Source of the DNA: Candidatus Poribacteria bacterium | Lineage (GTDB): Bacteria > Poribacteria > WGA-4E > PCPOR2b | Length of the DNA: 64,000 nt | Assembly (NCBI GenBank): GCA_965218095.1 | Contig: OZ244587.1 | Span: 5,344,001 to 5,408,000, forward strand | Direction: 5' to 3' | Shown: one piece after another, positions 1-9,242 of the stretch | How positions within the stretch are numbered: the stretch's first letter is position 1 | Layout of the letters: the number at the start of each line of letters is the position of its first letter | Position numbers and translations under genes: made by a program | The notes under the pieces: model-generated | What the model saw: the letters and a program-made list of their open reading frames with translations, nothing else | The model's database searches: none | What the model was told of the DNA's origin: nothing

Positions 1-75
1 GGTGATTGGTGGATCAATGCGACCACCTACCTCTTGCCCATCATGGACTCATTTGAAAATGTAATTTGTGATTAG
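1..75 (+). CDS. 3' end of an upstream gene (partial, unknown product)
   Basis: Frame 1 is open from base 1 (GDWWINATTYLLPIMDSFENVICD) to TAG at 73-75, just before the RBS (AGGAGA) of the next gene. Confidence 0.45.
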   Translation, partial: GDWWINATTYLLPIMDSFENVICD

Positions 76-89
76 ATAGGAGATGAAAT

Positions 90-1025
90 ATGACTGACTA
101 CCGATTCAAACTTGGTATGTACCTTCCCGAATTGCGTCTGTCCTTTGACGAGGCATTGGCTAAGGCAAAGGAGATCGGCGCAGAATATATTTGGTTCAAT
201 AGCCTGCCTGACGAACCGCCTATCGCCGAGATGAGCGACACCGAGGTGGATGGTATAGGCGAGCGCGTCGCCCGACACGGTTTGCAGATATTCCTCATCG
301 GCGCAAGTAACCCCTTCAAGCAGGTTCATCTGAGCGACCTAAATCTGGAAACGATGGCGGACCATCCGGAATTTCGCAAAGGGTTTGACGACTGCATTCG
401 TTCCATGCAGGTTGCTGTCCGTCTGGGAATAGGTGCGGTGAATATTTTCACCTTCGCCTGGCCTGGCGAGTACACTGCCGGCAAACCCACCTGGCCGATG
501 CGCTGGCTAACGCGGGGCGGCGTCATCGCTGATGTGGATATGGAGAAACTGGTCAAGGCGTTCTCTATGGTAGCAGAGCAGGCAGAGCGTTATGATGTCG
601 ATGTTGCCCTCAGCATGATGCCCTGGAACTACACCAATACGACCGGCAATTTCCGACGCGTTGCTGAAGCCGTTGGCTCCAAGCGGCTCAAGGTCATGTG
701 GGGCCCCGCAGACAACATAAATTGCGGCGAGTGGGATACAGCAACCGCTGGCTTCGACAATGTGCGTCCGTATCTGCATGGGCTTCATCTCAAAGACCTG
801 CATCTCATCAACGGTTTACACCTCAATTTCGAGTACCGCCCCCTTGGCGAAGGTGACGTTGACTACCTAACTGTGCTGCGGAATCTACGTGACCACCGCT
901 GTGATGCGGTGCTTTCGGTTGCAACTCACTTCCGCCCGCCTAGCGGCTTGGCTGAAGAAGCGATGCGTATCAATTATGCCAATCTCAAGGCGCTTATCCA
1001 CCAAGTTGAAGCTGAAACGGTATAA
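90..1025 (+). CDS. Sugar-phosphate isomerase/epimerase family TIM-barrel protein (xylose isomerase-like / AP endonuclease 2)
   Basis: 311 aa, RBS AGGAGA, family motifs HLKD and PLGEGDVDY; paralog at 22068-22997. Confidence 0.85.
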   Translation: MTDYRFKLGMYLPELRLSFDEALAKAKEIGAEYIWFNSLPDEPPIAEMSDTEVDGIGERVARHGLQIFLIGASNPFKQVHLSDLNLETMADHPEFRKGFDDCIRSMQVAVRLGIGAVNIFTFAWPGEYTAGKPTWPMRWLTRGGVIADVDMEKLVKAFSMVAEQAERYDVDVALSMMPWNYTNTTGNFRRVAEAVGSKRLKVMWGPADNINCGEWDTATAGFDNVRPYLHGLHLKDLHLINGLHLNFEYRPLGEGDVDYLTVLRNLRDHRCDAVLSVATHFRPPSGLAEEAMRINYANLKALIHQVEAETV

Positions 1026-1300
1026 CTGCCAGGGTCCGAAAGGGTTCTAGTGGTTCATTTCGTACCTTGATTTCGTCCAATGAGAACCGACTTTGATACA
1101 ATGGCTAAACTGGCGCTTCCTGCCACACGGAAAAGGATCTGGCTTCGGCGCATACTTTTTCTGGTTGATGTCAATGTCCAGGGTCTTGTTGGTTGCATCT
1201 GATTGTGACATCTGTTTTGCCCTTTCTTAGCTATCCATTCTCCGATGGATCGGAGCAGGCTCTGAGAGGAAGGAGAAAATGGTCTCCGTTCATGTTTGGT

Positions 1301-2056
1301 CTAAAATTTCTCATACCTGTCTGCACGGTTATGCCCGAAAAGGCCAGGACACAGTTGCTTCATTTCTGGTGGCATGCGTTCATAGGTTTCGGGCCAGATC
1401 GGCTGATGACCACCTTCGATCCAGTTGTTGAACCAGCGTGGGAGGTAAGCGATGTTCAGCCCGATACGAATCTGGTTGCTTGTATTCGCGCGAGCCTGGT
1501 GATACGTACCGCCATGCCACATGAGCACTGAGCCAGCCTGTCCGGGAATCGGCTTAATCAGTGGGCTATCCGGCGTGATGTCCGACGGGGGAGTTTTCCG
1601 GCGCGAGCGGTGGCTCATCGGTACGATGCCCGTCGCCCCATTCTCTATCGTGAAATCGGTCAGCATCCAGATGGTGTTGATCAGCCACGGCACATCAGGA
1701 ACTTCTGCGAACTCACGGGCAGAATCGACGTGCAGGTGTTGACCCGGCGCGCCAGGCCAGGTCGGCTTAGAGCACGCTTCGACGACCCGACAGTTTGGCC
1801 CCAAAAAGTGCCGGGCAATCGCCACTGTGTCCGGATGGCTCGCACAGGTCCAAACCCGATCGTCTAAGTTCATCATACCAAACAGCGTCTGATAGTGCTG
1901 GTCACCTGTGTTGTAGCGCTGGCACTCTGGGTCGGTGTGCAATTCGAGGAAGCGTTTAGCCATGCTGCGTGCCATGTCTTCGGGGATGCGATCTTCCAGC
2001 ATGCAGTAGCCGTAGATCGTTAGGTGCTCGATTGCGGCTTTGAGATCACTGTTCAT
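1301..2056 (-). CDS. Phytanoyl-CoA dioxygenase family (PhyH) Fe/2OG oxygenase
   Basis: GY..LE start, HxD (LHVDS), DFTIENGATGIVPMSH, distal His (GGTYH); RBS AAAGGAGA. Confidence 0.9.
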   Translation of the reverse strand: MNSDLKAAIEHLTIYGYCMLEDRIPEDMARSMAKRFLELHTDPECQRYNTGDQHYQTLFGMMNLDDRVWTCASHPDTVAIARHFLGPNCRVVEACSKPTWPGAPGQHLHVDSAREFAEVPDVPWLINTIWMLTDFTIENGATGIVPMSHRSRRKTPPSDITPDSPLIKPIPGQAGSVLMWHGGTYHQARANTSNQIRIGLNIAYLPRWFNNWIEGGHQPIWPETYERMPPEMKQLCPGLFGHNRADRYEKF

Positions 2057-2157
2057 TGGTATCTCCTTTCCGTGAAACGTGATGCGTGAATGAACCCGGA
2101 GATGTACTAAACTTGTCTCGTCTTGTTTCTTTCTTTCTATTCTTCCTTTTCTTTTTC

Positions 2158-3177
2158 TTATAACAAGTAATCGGAGATCTGCTTGACTGTTCCATCTTGG
2201 CTCGAATCGATTGCGGCGAACACCATCGCCAGACTCTTGAGATTTTCGATCCCTACGCTTTCGGGAAGGCGTCCCTTCTCGATGGCAGTGAGAAATTCGT
2301 CAAACGCTGCCAGTTGCCCTTCCCGTGGGCTGGTCACTGTCATCACATTCTCACGGGGCGCGGTGCGGTTGCCGTGGTCTGCGCCCTTTCGTGCGATGTA
2401 CAGATCCGGAAAGATCATCGTGAGCGTCCCTGTCTCACCGATAGCCCGGAGCTCCCCGTACCAGTCGGTCATGTCGCCAGATGCAATGGCATCGCCGTGG
2501 TAAGTCACGGGAAGCCCATTTTCCATTGTAAAGTGCGCAAGCCCGGTGATGTCGTCTGTAAACGTGCTATAAGGCGTATTCCAACTATTCGCCCACGCTG
2601 TCACAGGGTTGCTGCCGAGCGAGGCGCGGAGGAGATCGAAATGATGGATGCTCATCTCGATGAACAGCGGATGCTCCATTTTATGGCGGAATTCCCCCCA
2701 CGAATAGTAGGGCGCTCGAAAGTAGTGGGTGACATGGCTCATCCGCCCCAACTCGCCGCCGTTGACAATTTCTCGGAATTTTCTGACCCACGGGTGAAAG
2801 CGGGCTTTCTGAGAAATCATGAACACGCGATCTGTATTCTGTGCGGTGCGTAGAATGCTATGGGCTGAATCGATGGTATGGGCAATCGGTTTTTCCGAAA
2901 GTACATGTAAGCCTGCTTCCAATCCTGCTTTGATCACGGCTTCGTGATGGGCGGGAGGAACGATACAGAGCAGCGCGTCGGCTTCTACGGCTGCAAGGGC
3001 ATCTTCAACGTAGCTGAAGGCGGCGGATTCGGAAACGCCTGTTCTCTCGCGGGCTGCGGCAAGGTGCTGTGCGTTGATGTCTACAAGCGCGGCATATTCG
3101 GCGCGGTTACAAGCAGCAACGGTCGTCAGCCAACGCCGTCCGTAGCCGCCAACGCCAACTTGGATAATTCGGTGCAT
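2158..3177 (-). CDS. Gfo/Idh/MocA family oxidoreductase
   Basis: GVGGYG Rossmann motif, HVLSEKP, EMSIHHFD. Confidence 0.9.
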   Translation of the reverse strand: MHRIIQVGVGGYGRRWLTTVAACNRAEYAALVDINAQHLAAARERTGVSESAAFSYVEDALAAVEADALLCIVPPAHHEAVIKAGLEAGLHVLSEKPIAHTIDSAHSILRTAQNTDRVFMISQKARFHPWVRKFREIVNGGELGRMSHVTHYFRAPYYSWGEFRHKMEHPLFIEMSIHHFDLLRASLGSNPVTAWANSWNTPYSTFTDDITGLAHFTMENGLPVTYHGDAIASGDMTDWYGELRAIGETGTLTMIFPDLYIARKGADHGNRTAPRENVMTVTSPREGQLAAFDEFLTAIEKGRLPESVGIENLKSLAMVFAAIDSSQDGTVKQISDYLL

Positions 3178-3704
3178 TCAAAAACCTCCGTATTGTTTTC
3201 AGAACTAATGGTGGAGGGGTTGTCCACTAGTATAACGTGTCCTACTCTGCGAATTCTGTGGTGGCAAGGAATTGGGCTTTCGAGTATGTGTGGGAGCGAG
3301 GAAATTCAACACGCTCGCCTCCTCGCTCCCTCACCTCATTACTCCGTGCCCCTAAGTGCCATCTGCATCCTTACATCGAACTGACGTTAATATATACCCC
3401 TCAACATCCTTTGGTGTAATACTTCCCACCCGCGCAAAATGCGCCTCAATCCTCCGCCGCAGATGTTCGCCAGCTAATTCCCACTTCTCAACCGGCAAGC
3501 TTAAATCAAGCAACCCGTAAAAGGCAGGTCATCCAGCCTGCTGCACAGGGCAATCACCGTTCCAGAGCAGGGCATAGTCTACCTTCTTGCCCAATTCGCC
3601 TTTGTCACGGCGGGCAGGGTGCAGGCATATTTCGGGGCGGAAGGTATCTGCCATGAAAATACATCTGTCGCAAGGGCGTTCATTATTTAGGGGGTACATA
3701 GGTA

Positions 3705-3920
3705 TTATTCGTTACTGCCCTTCAATACAAAGCGATCACGATTGGGCCAGATTGGGTCTTCAGGGTCAAACCGCAAGAATTTCTGCCAGAGGCAATAGGT
3801 AACTGGGGCCAGGGCCACCGCTGTACCGGGGTGACCAGAGTTGGCCGCCTGAATCGCATTCATGGACGGGGTCCGAATAGTATTGATAGATAACTGGTCA
3901 AGATTTGCTTGTTCAGACAC
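3705..3920 (-). pseudogene. tkt: Transketolase N-terminal fragment (truncated)
   Basis: INTIRT..MNAIQAANSGHPG..ALAP...LRFDPEDPIWPNRDRFVL is the transketolase N-terminus; the ORF stops after about 70 aa. Confidence 0.85.
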
Positions 3921-4051
3921 AAATCTTTCCCCTTTTGGGTTCACTACTTGGTCAACACTTTGGTTCAATCAACGCGAAATATGAAATTCGCGGGCAACGG
4001 GCTTTTTCAAAGGGTGAAAAAAGTGTCAACCGAACTTTCATGGAGAATGAA

Positions 4052-4723
4052 TCATTCTCCGGTCTGCTGCAACGCCTGATGAGTCAGGATCCGAAGGCAG
4101 TCAGCTTCCGACAGGTAAGGCTCGATCTGCGCCACAAATTGTGAGAGTGTTTCCTCCACCGTTGCCGTCGTAGTGTCGAGGACGAACCTTCTGCGGATCA
4201 GTGTACCTTGGTATTCTTCCTCAAACTGTTGCAGGACGTATGCGATGTCTCTCTCCGGCACCAGGCTGCGCGGGTGTGGGTTTTCCCGCATCCGTTTCGC
4301 AATGACTTCGGCGGAGGCTTTGAGCAAAATGAGCACTGTGTCGGGGGCTTTCGCCATAATCGTTTTCTCCACCGCCCGCGCAAACCTCGTGCGCTCGGCA
4401 TATTCGCCCTTTCCGCCGTAGCCGTAGTATAACGGTGCATAAACCGCTTCTTCGATGTGAAATCCGGTCATGTTGTGGTCGGGGTCAGCGTAAAATGCGG
4501 GCTGGAGATGATACTCAATGATGTAACGTTGGAACATCTCCTTGAGTCGCGGACTTAGCGCCAGGAATTGCTTCTGTTCATTCTCCGATAGCTCGGAAGA
4601 AGGAATGGTAAAGTGGTCGTGGAAACCGCCGCCACTGCCTATTGTGCGGTCAATCCATTTAACAATTTCGCTGGCTAACGTGGTCTTGCCGGTGTATTCG
4701 CAGCCAACCAATATCAGTCTCAT
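4052..4723 (-). CDS. P-loop NTPase, nucleoside-monophosphate-kinase-like protein
   Basis: MRLILVGCEYTGKTT Walker A at the N-terminus; start moved to ATG 4723 with RBS AGGAGA. Confidence 0.75.
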   Translation of the reverse strand: MRLILVGCEYTGKTTLASEIVKWIDRTIGSGGGFHDHFTIPSSELSENEQKQFLALSPRLKEMFQRYIIEYHLQPAFYADPDHNMTGFHIEEAVYAPLYYGYGGKGEYAERTRFARAVEKTIMAKAPDTVLILLKASAEVIAKRMRENPHPRSLVPERDIAYVLQQFEEEYQGTLIRRRFVLDTTTATVEETLSQFVAQIEPYLSEADCLRILTHQALQQTGE

Positions 4724-5044
4724 GGCTATTCTCCTGAATGTTATGGTTGGACGTACTATCACTAAACCTTTGAGAAATCTGCGCCGTGACTTTCTCGCAC
4801 TATGAACAAGGGAAAAATGAAACCCCGATAGATCGGGGCAGGCTGTGATGTGTGAAACATCTTGCCTCTTACGCAATACGCAACACGTTCTCGGCAGATG
4901 AAAGTACTGACGCTGGATGTTATGATAACACACCAGCCACTAATGCCGATCAGTATAGCAGAGATCCAAATTTTTGTCAATAGTATAGCAGATTTCCCGC
5001 CTGAAATTCCGAGACCATTGCGAATTTTTACAGGTTCTTACGAT

Positions 5045-5776
5045 TCACCGGACTGCTGATGTGCCAATCCGGCAGAACCCCTCTGCAAACTGGCACTCAC
5101 TCATTCCTGCCGTGAACTGTGCTTCAAGGGCCCGGTAGCGATTCAGTATCTCATAGTGTTCCGGCAACTGAGGTTGGGCGCCGAATTTCGAAAGCGCCTC
5201 CCGCTTGCGCTCAAATACCATCGTGATATCCACATAGATTTCCGGCAGGAACTTCGATACCGGGGACGTTCCCAACATGGTTTCGTAGCAGATCAGTTGC
5301 GGCGAAGCATACGGTGCGTGTGCCGTCTCAATACCGGGGACACCACAATAGCGACAAGCCCAGAGGACTGCCTGGGTGGTTTCCACATGATCCGGATGCA
5401 GCAAATCATCGATCCAGTGGCTCAAGACCATGTCTGGCTGGAAAGCCCTGATCGCGTCGAGGATTTGCAGTCGCCGTTCTGAGCCTAGAACCAGCGGACT
5501 ATCGCCGAAATCGAAGCAATTAATCGACGCCCCGAGGATGTCTGCGGCAGCTTGTATTTCCTCTTTCCGAATTGCCTTTATCTCCTCCAGAGTTGGAGTC
5601 TCCTCTCGGGCCCAAAGTGCGGGTGACTCGCACCGTTCCCCATAGGTCAGGTCGTAGACTTGTACTTTTCCCCCGGCTTCCACAAGCCGTATAATCGTCC
5701 CGCCAGCCCGGGAGCAAAAATCAGCGGCATGGGCGCTGAACACCAGTACCTTTCTTCCTTCGTGAATCATGATCAT
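5045..5776 (-). CDS. PIG-L/LmbE family metalloenzyme, GalB (4-oxalomesaconate hydratase)-like
   Basis: SAHAADFCSRAGG, LTYGERCES..LW and HPDH; the GalB-type AH(S/A)ADF..RAGG replaces the canonical AHPDD. Confidence 0.8.
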   Translation of the reverse strand: MIMIHEGRKVLVFSAHAADFCSRAGGTIIRLVEAGGKVQVYDLTYGERCESPALWAREETPTLEEIKAIRKEEIQAAADILGASINCFDFGDSPLVLGSERRLQILDAIRAFQPDMVLSHWIDDLLHPDHVETTQAVLWACRYCGVPGIETAHAPYASPQLICYETMLGTSPVSKFLPEIYVDITMVFERKREALSKFGAQPQLPEHYEILNRYRALEAQFTAGMSECQFAEGFCRIGTSAVR

Positions 5777-6187
5777 CGTCTCCTTTCAGTCAGTGAGTCG
5801 GTGAATATGATTAATGATTTTCGTTCATTTCATCACACAATTCCTCTTTTCATGTTACCATGATTCGGACAGTCCTGCAACCAAAACTATTTCTTGATTT
5901 AGACCGGATTTGATGCTAAACTGTTGGCGAATGTGCAACATGGATAAAGTGTATGCCGAAGGAGGTTTCTCATGACCGACAGCCCGAATCGGAGTTTTGA
6001 TAATCGCATTCCTGTGACGGCCGAGGTCGCTGTAGCCTTAATCGTCGGTGAGTAGAAGCGGTATTAGATGATCCTTCGGTGTGTGCTGCTGGCATCATGT
6101 TTCCTCTATGATGAAAGCTGGTCCTATTCGGGGAAGCTATTCTTTTCCCCTATGCAGCATCTGTTCAGCAATTATCTTGACTTTATC

Positions 6188-6244
6188 TTATAGCGAGTAA
6201 AATGCGCGCTTCTCCCGTCATCCTGAACGAAGGGAAGGATCTCT
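6188..6244 (+). repeat. Dispersed repeat, copy 1 (second copy at 10918-10974)
   Basis: ttatagcgagtaaaa(t/c)gcgc..ttctcccgtca...aacgaag.ga.ggatctct occurs at both positions. Confidence 0.75.
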
Positions 6245-6608
6245 TGCACCTTAACGAGGAGATTCTTCGCTGCGTTCTATTAGACTTCCAAGAAACTACC
6301 CGCGATGAGTTCAGATTAAAAGAGCTCATCGGCAGATCCACTGGTGGCTCCGGTCTCCGACCGAGAATCTTCGACTTGCCGCCTCAGTCCCCCAATGCTG
6401 GGGGGAGAATCGCAAAAACTCCTGAAGCCTGCCCCGACCCATCAGGGAATTGGAGGCCGGGGGGCGAATGTCAAGTTATACCATTTCTCAATTGAACCCA
6501 TTAAGAAATTCTGAGCAATTGCGACCGCTCCCTTGAATATGTTATAATCTACACAATTCATTCCACATAGGCCGTGTCAACCGACTAACGGCCGGGAGAA
6601 AACATAAC

Positions 6609-7364
6609 ATGAAAATTAGACCGAATCGAATCAAGCACAAACTGGCTGAAGGCGGCGCCGCCTATGTGGCCAGTGGCATTGCACACCCTGATGACATCGA
6701 TACCTTCGGCCCATCTGGGTTCGACGGAGTGTGGCTGGAAGGCGAACATGGGCCGGTAAGCGCCGCTGAACTCGGCAACCTCACCCGCGCCTGCGACATC
6801 TGGGGCATGACCTCCGTGGTTCGCATCAACCGAAACGATCAGGGCCTCATTTACCGTACGCTCGACCGAGGCGCCCAGGCCATCGTGGTTCCGCACGTCA
6901 ACACGAAGGAAGAGGCGCAAAATGTGGTTGACGGCGGCAAGTTTGCCCCTATCGGCTATCGGGGCATGTATACGAGCCGCCAGGGCTACGCTGTCCCCGA
7001 TTACTTCCAGGTAGCAAACGACGAGACACTGCTGATTGTACTGATTGAAGACATTGTTGCTGTCAGAAACCTCGACGACATCCTGACGGTGGACCACATC
7101 GATGTGTTCTTCGTCGCACCGTCAGACCTGGCAACTTCGATGGGGCACATCGACGACTTTCAGCATCCGGAGGTTCAGCACACGGTTGATGATGCATTAG
7201 CCCGCATTCAGGTGGCGGGACGCGTCGCCGGCGCACTCACCAACAGCGACACCGTCGCAAAATACGTTGCCGCTGGCGTGCGCTTCTTCCTGACCGGCGT
7301 TGGAGCGTGGATTGCCGCTGGAGCAGCTGAATTCATACGTTGCGCCGAAGAGGCCAAATCGTAA
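6609..7364 (+). CDS. HpcH/HpaI aldolase/citrate lyase family protein
   Basis: VWLEGEHG, LDRGAQAIVVPHVNT, KFAPIGYRG, LIED, FVAPSDL. Confidence 0.9.
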   Translation: MKIRPNRIKHKLAEGGAAYVASGIAHPDDIDTFGPSGFDGVWLEGEHGPVSAAELGNLTRACDIWGMTSVVRINRNDQGLIYRTLDRGAQAIVVPHVNTKEEAQNVVDGGKFAPIGYRGMYTSRQGYAVPDYFQVANDETLLIVLIEDIVAVRNLDDILTVDHIDVFFVAPSDLATSMGHIDDFQHPEVQHTVDDALARIQVAGRVAGALTNSDTVAKYVAAGVRFFLTGVGAWIAAGAAEFIRCAEEAKS

Positions 7365-7485
7365 GAAATATGAGGCGCTACAAGGATGAGTACTCTGTCA
7401 AATTTTGGCATATTTTCAGCCTGTAAGAAACCGAGTTTTTCTGAAAAAATTCGGTTTCTGGGCATACCAAAACTTACGTCCGGGT

Positions 7486-7685
7486 CTGATTAACTGACAA
7501 AACTCGGTCGGATCGATGTCATGGCTCGTTTTATCCGATTTCTCATGCGTTGTGGAGAGTAGAGACCAGGGAGCGAGGGAGCATGGAGGCGGGCAAGAGC
7601 GAACCTTATAGACTTGCTTCCTCACACACTTGCCCTCTCTGTTGACGGGCTGTCTGCTCCCAAACCACTTTTGTCAGTCAACCAG
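7486..7685. mobile_element. 200-bp MITE-like element
   Basis: 17-bp TIRs ctgattaactgacaaaa / ttttgtcagtcaaccag (2 mismatches), flanked by direct repeats cgtccgggt / cgtccgggc. Confidence 0.75.
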
Positions 7686-7768
7686 CGTCCGGGCACATAA
7701 TTTTACCGTCCCTTGCACAGCCTCAACAAGCAGATGACCCAAAGTGAGAAAGAGATAGGAGTGAAGCT

Positions 7769-8938
7769 ATGAAGATAACCCGAGTTACACCGTGGCTTGT
7801 CACTGCGCCTCAGCCGTACCTTGACACGGCTAATGAAGCACCCGACCAGGAACGGGAATACGTCTTTGTCCAGGTATCAACTGACGAGGACATCACCGGC
7901 TGGGGGGAGATCACCGTCTCTACCCGTTGGGCAAACCGCGCGATCTGCGCCGTGATTGCACATGTAGGCGAACTGATTGAGGGCGACGATCCTACACGCA
8001 TCGAGGCAACATGGAACAAGGTCTTCCGGGCCTTCACATACATGGGGACCCGGGGAGCAACGTCAAATGTGGTCAGCGCCATCGACATCGCATTGTGGGA
8101 TATTCGAGGAAAACAGTTGGACTTACCAATCTACGAACTGCTCGGCGGCCCGGTCCGGGACTCGATAGCCCTTTACACACACCCAAATGGTGGAGAAACC
8201 CCGGAGAGCATTGCGGCGCACTGCAAGGCAATCGTGGAGACTGGTCACACCGCATTGAAGGCCGACCCCTTCCCAAAGCAACCCGAAGAGGCAAACGGTT
8301 ACTTGAGCGGGCAGATAGACGCAGCCGGAGAAGAACATGGGGCAAACGTGATTGCCGCGATTCGAGAGGCAGTTGGACCCAGCATCGAGATTCTAATTGA
8401 TTGCCATGGCCGGTTCGATGTCGCAACAGCAATTCGGTTGGCTGACCGTCTGGCGCCGTACAACATTGGGTGGTTCGAGGAGCCGGTCCCCGTTGAGAGT
8501 TACCATGCCTTGAGGCAGGTCCGAGAGCACACAAATGTACCGATCTGCGTTGGCGAGCGGCTGCACACCCGCTATGAGTTCCTGCCAATCCTTGAGAACA
8601 AGCTCGCCGATTACATCATGCCGGACGTTACATGGGCCGGCGGCATTTCGGAGTTGAAGAAAATTTCGACGCTAGCTGAGGCTTACTACGTGCCGCTGTC
8701 GCCGCACGACGCAAGCGGGCCAATTAACGTACTTGCTGGGGCGCACACGATGATGACGACGCCGAACTTCTACAAGCTAGAGACCATGCGCGCCAAGCTA
8801 AATGCGTATGATGTGTTGGTGGATCATCCGCTGGAAATCCGGGATGGTCACCTGTACCTGTCAAACCGGCCCGGACTTGGGATTGAGATGAACGTGGATT
8901 ACCTGCGCAGCAAAGCAATCGCGCCGTTTTCAGGTTGA
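7769..8938 (+). CDS. Mandelate racemase/muconate lactonizing enzyme family (galactonate dehydratase-like)
   Basis: GITGWGE-like motif, SAIDIALWDIRGK, KxD, DCHGRF, WFEEP, GER, PD..WAGGI, PH. Confidence 0.9.
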   Translation: MKITRVTPWLVTAPQPYLDTANEAPDQEREYVFVQVSTDEDITGWGEITVSTRWANRAICAVIAHVGELIEGDDPTRIEATWNKVFRAFTYMGTRGATSNVVSAIDIALWDIRGKQLDLPIYELLGGPVRDSIALYTHPNGGETPESIAAHCKAIVETGHTALKADPFPKQPEEANGYLSGQIDAAGEEHGANVIAAIREAVGPSIEILIDCHGRFDVATAIRLADRLAPYNIGWFEEPVPVESYHALRQVREHTNVPICVGERLHTRYEFLPILENKLADYIMPDVTWAGGISELKKISTLAEAYYVPLSPHDASGPINVLAGAHTMMTTPNFYKLETMRAKLNAYDVLVDHPLEIRDGHLYLSNRPGLGIEMNVDYLRSKAIAPFSG

Positions 8939-8942
8939 AGCG

Positions 8943-9056
8943 CTAGTGGCCCGTCAAGTTTAGTTTGATGGATAGGTTTCCGGGTGAGGCTCCCGTGCTC
9001 ATCCGAGAATCGGACCGAACCCAGCCGGTATTGGCTCGGCAGGAGCCTCGCCCTCC
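8943..9056. repeat. MITE left end (shared with 62528-62558) followed by a REP-like hairpin repeat (inverted copy at 33858-33936)
   Basis: ctagtg..cgtcaagtttagtttgatggat is also at 62528; 8982-9056 is the near reverse complement of 33858-33932. Confidence 0.7.
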
Positions 9057-9081
9057 CGGCATCGAAAGCGGGCATCGCTGC

Positions 9082-9159
9082 TTACAGTCCGGCGTCAATC
9101 GGCAGCGCTATGCCCGAAATCCACCAGGCCCCGTCGCTAGACAGAAATATCGTAGCCCA
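9082..9159 (-). pseudogene. C-terminal remnant of a short-chain dehydrogenase
   Basis: Minus strand reads WATIFLSSDGAWWISGIALPIDAGL*, a typical SDR C-terminus, with no upstream body. Confidence 0.6.
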
Positions 9160-9242
9160 GGGTTCCTAACTGCCCCAAATACCTCTGCCTTGACCCGGTA
9201 GCCATGAGCGCCAAGCTCATCATCAAAAAGGGGTTAATATCT

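Noticed and set aside
1047-1211. 54-codon minus-strand ORF with an RBS, possibly a gene remnant
   Set aside because: Similarity to any known family is too weak to call without a search
5973-6056. Strong RBS plus a 27-codon ORF (MTDSPNRSFDNRIPV...)
   Set aside because: Too short to tell a leader peptide from a gene stump
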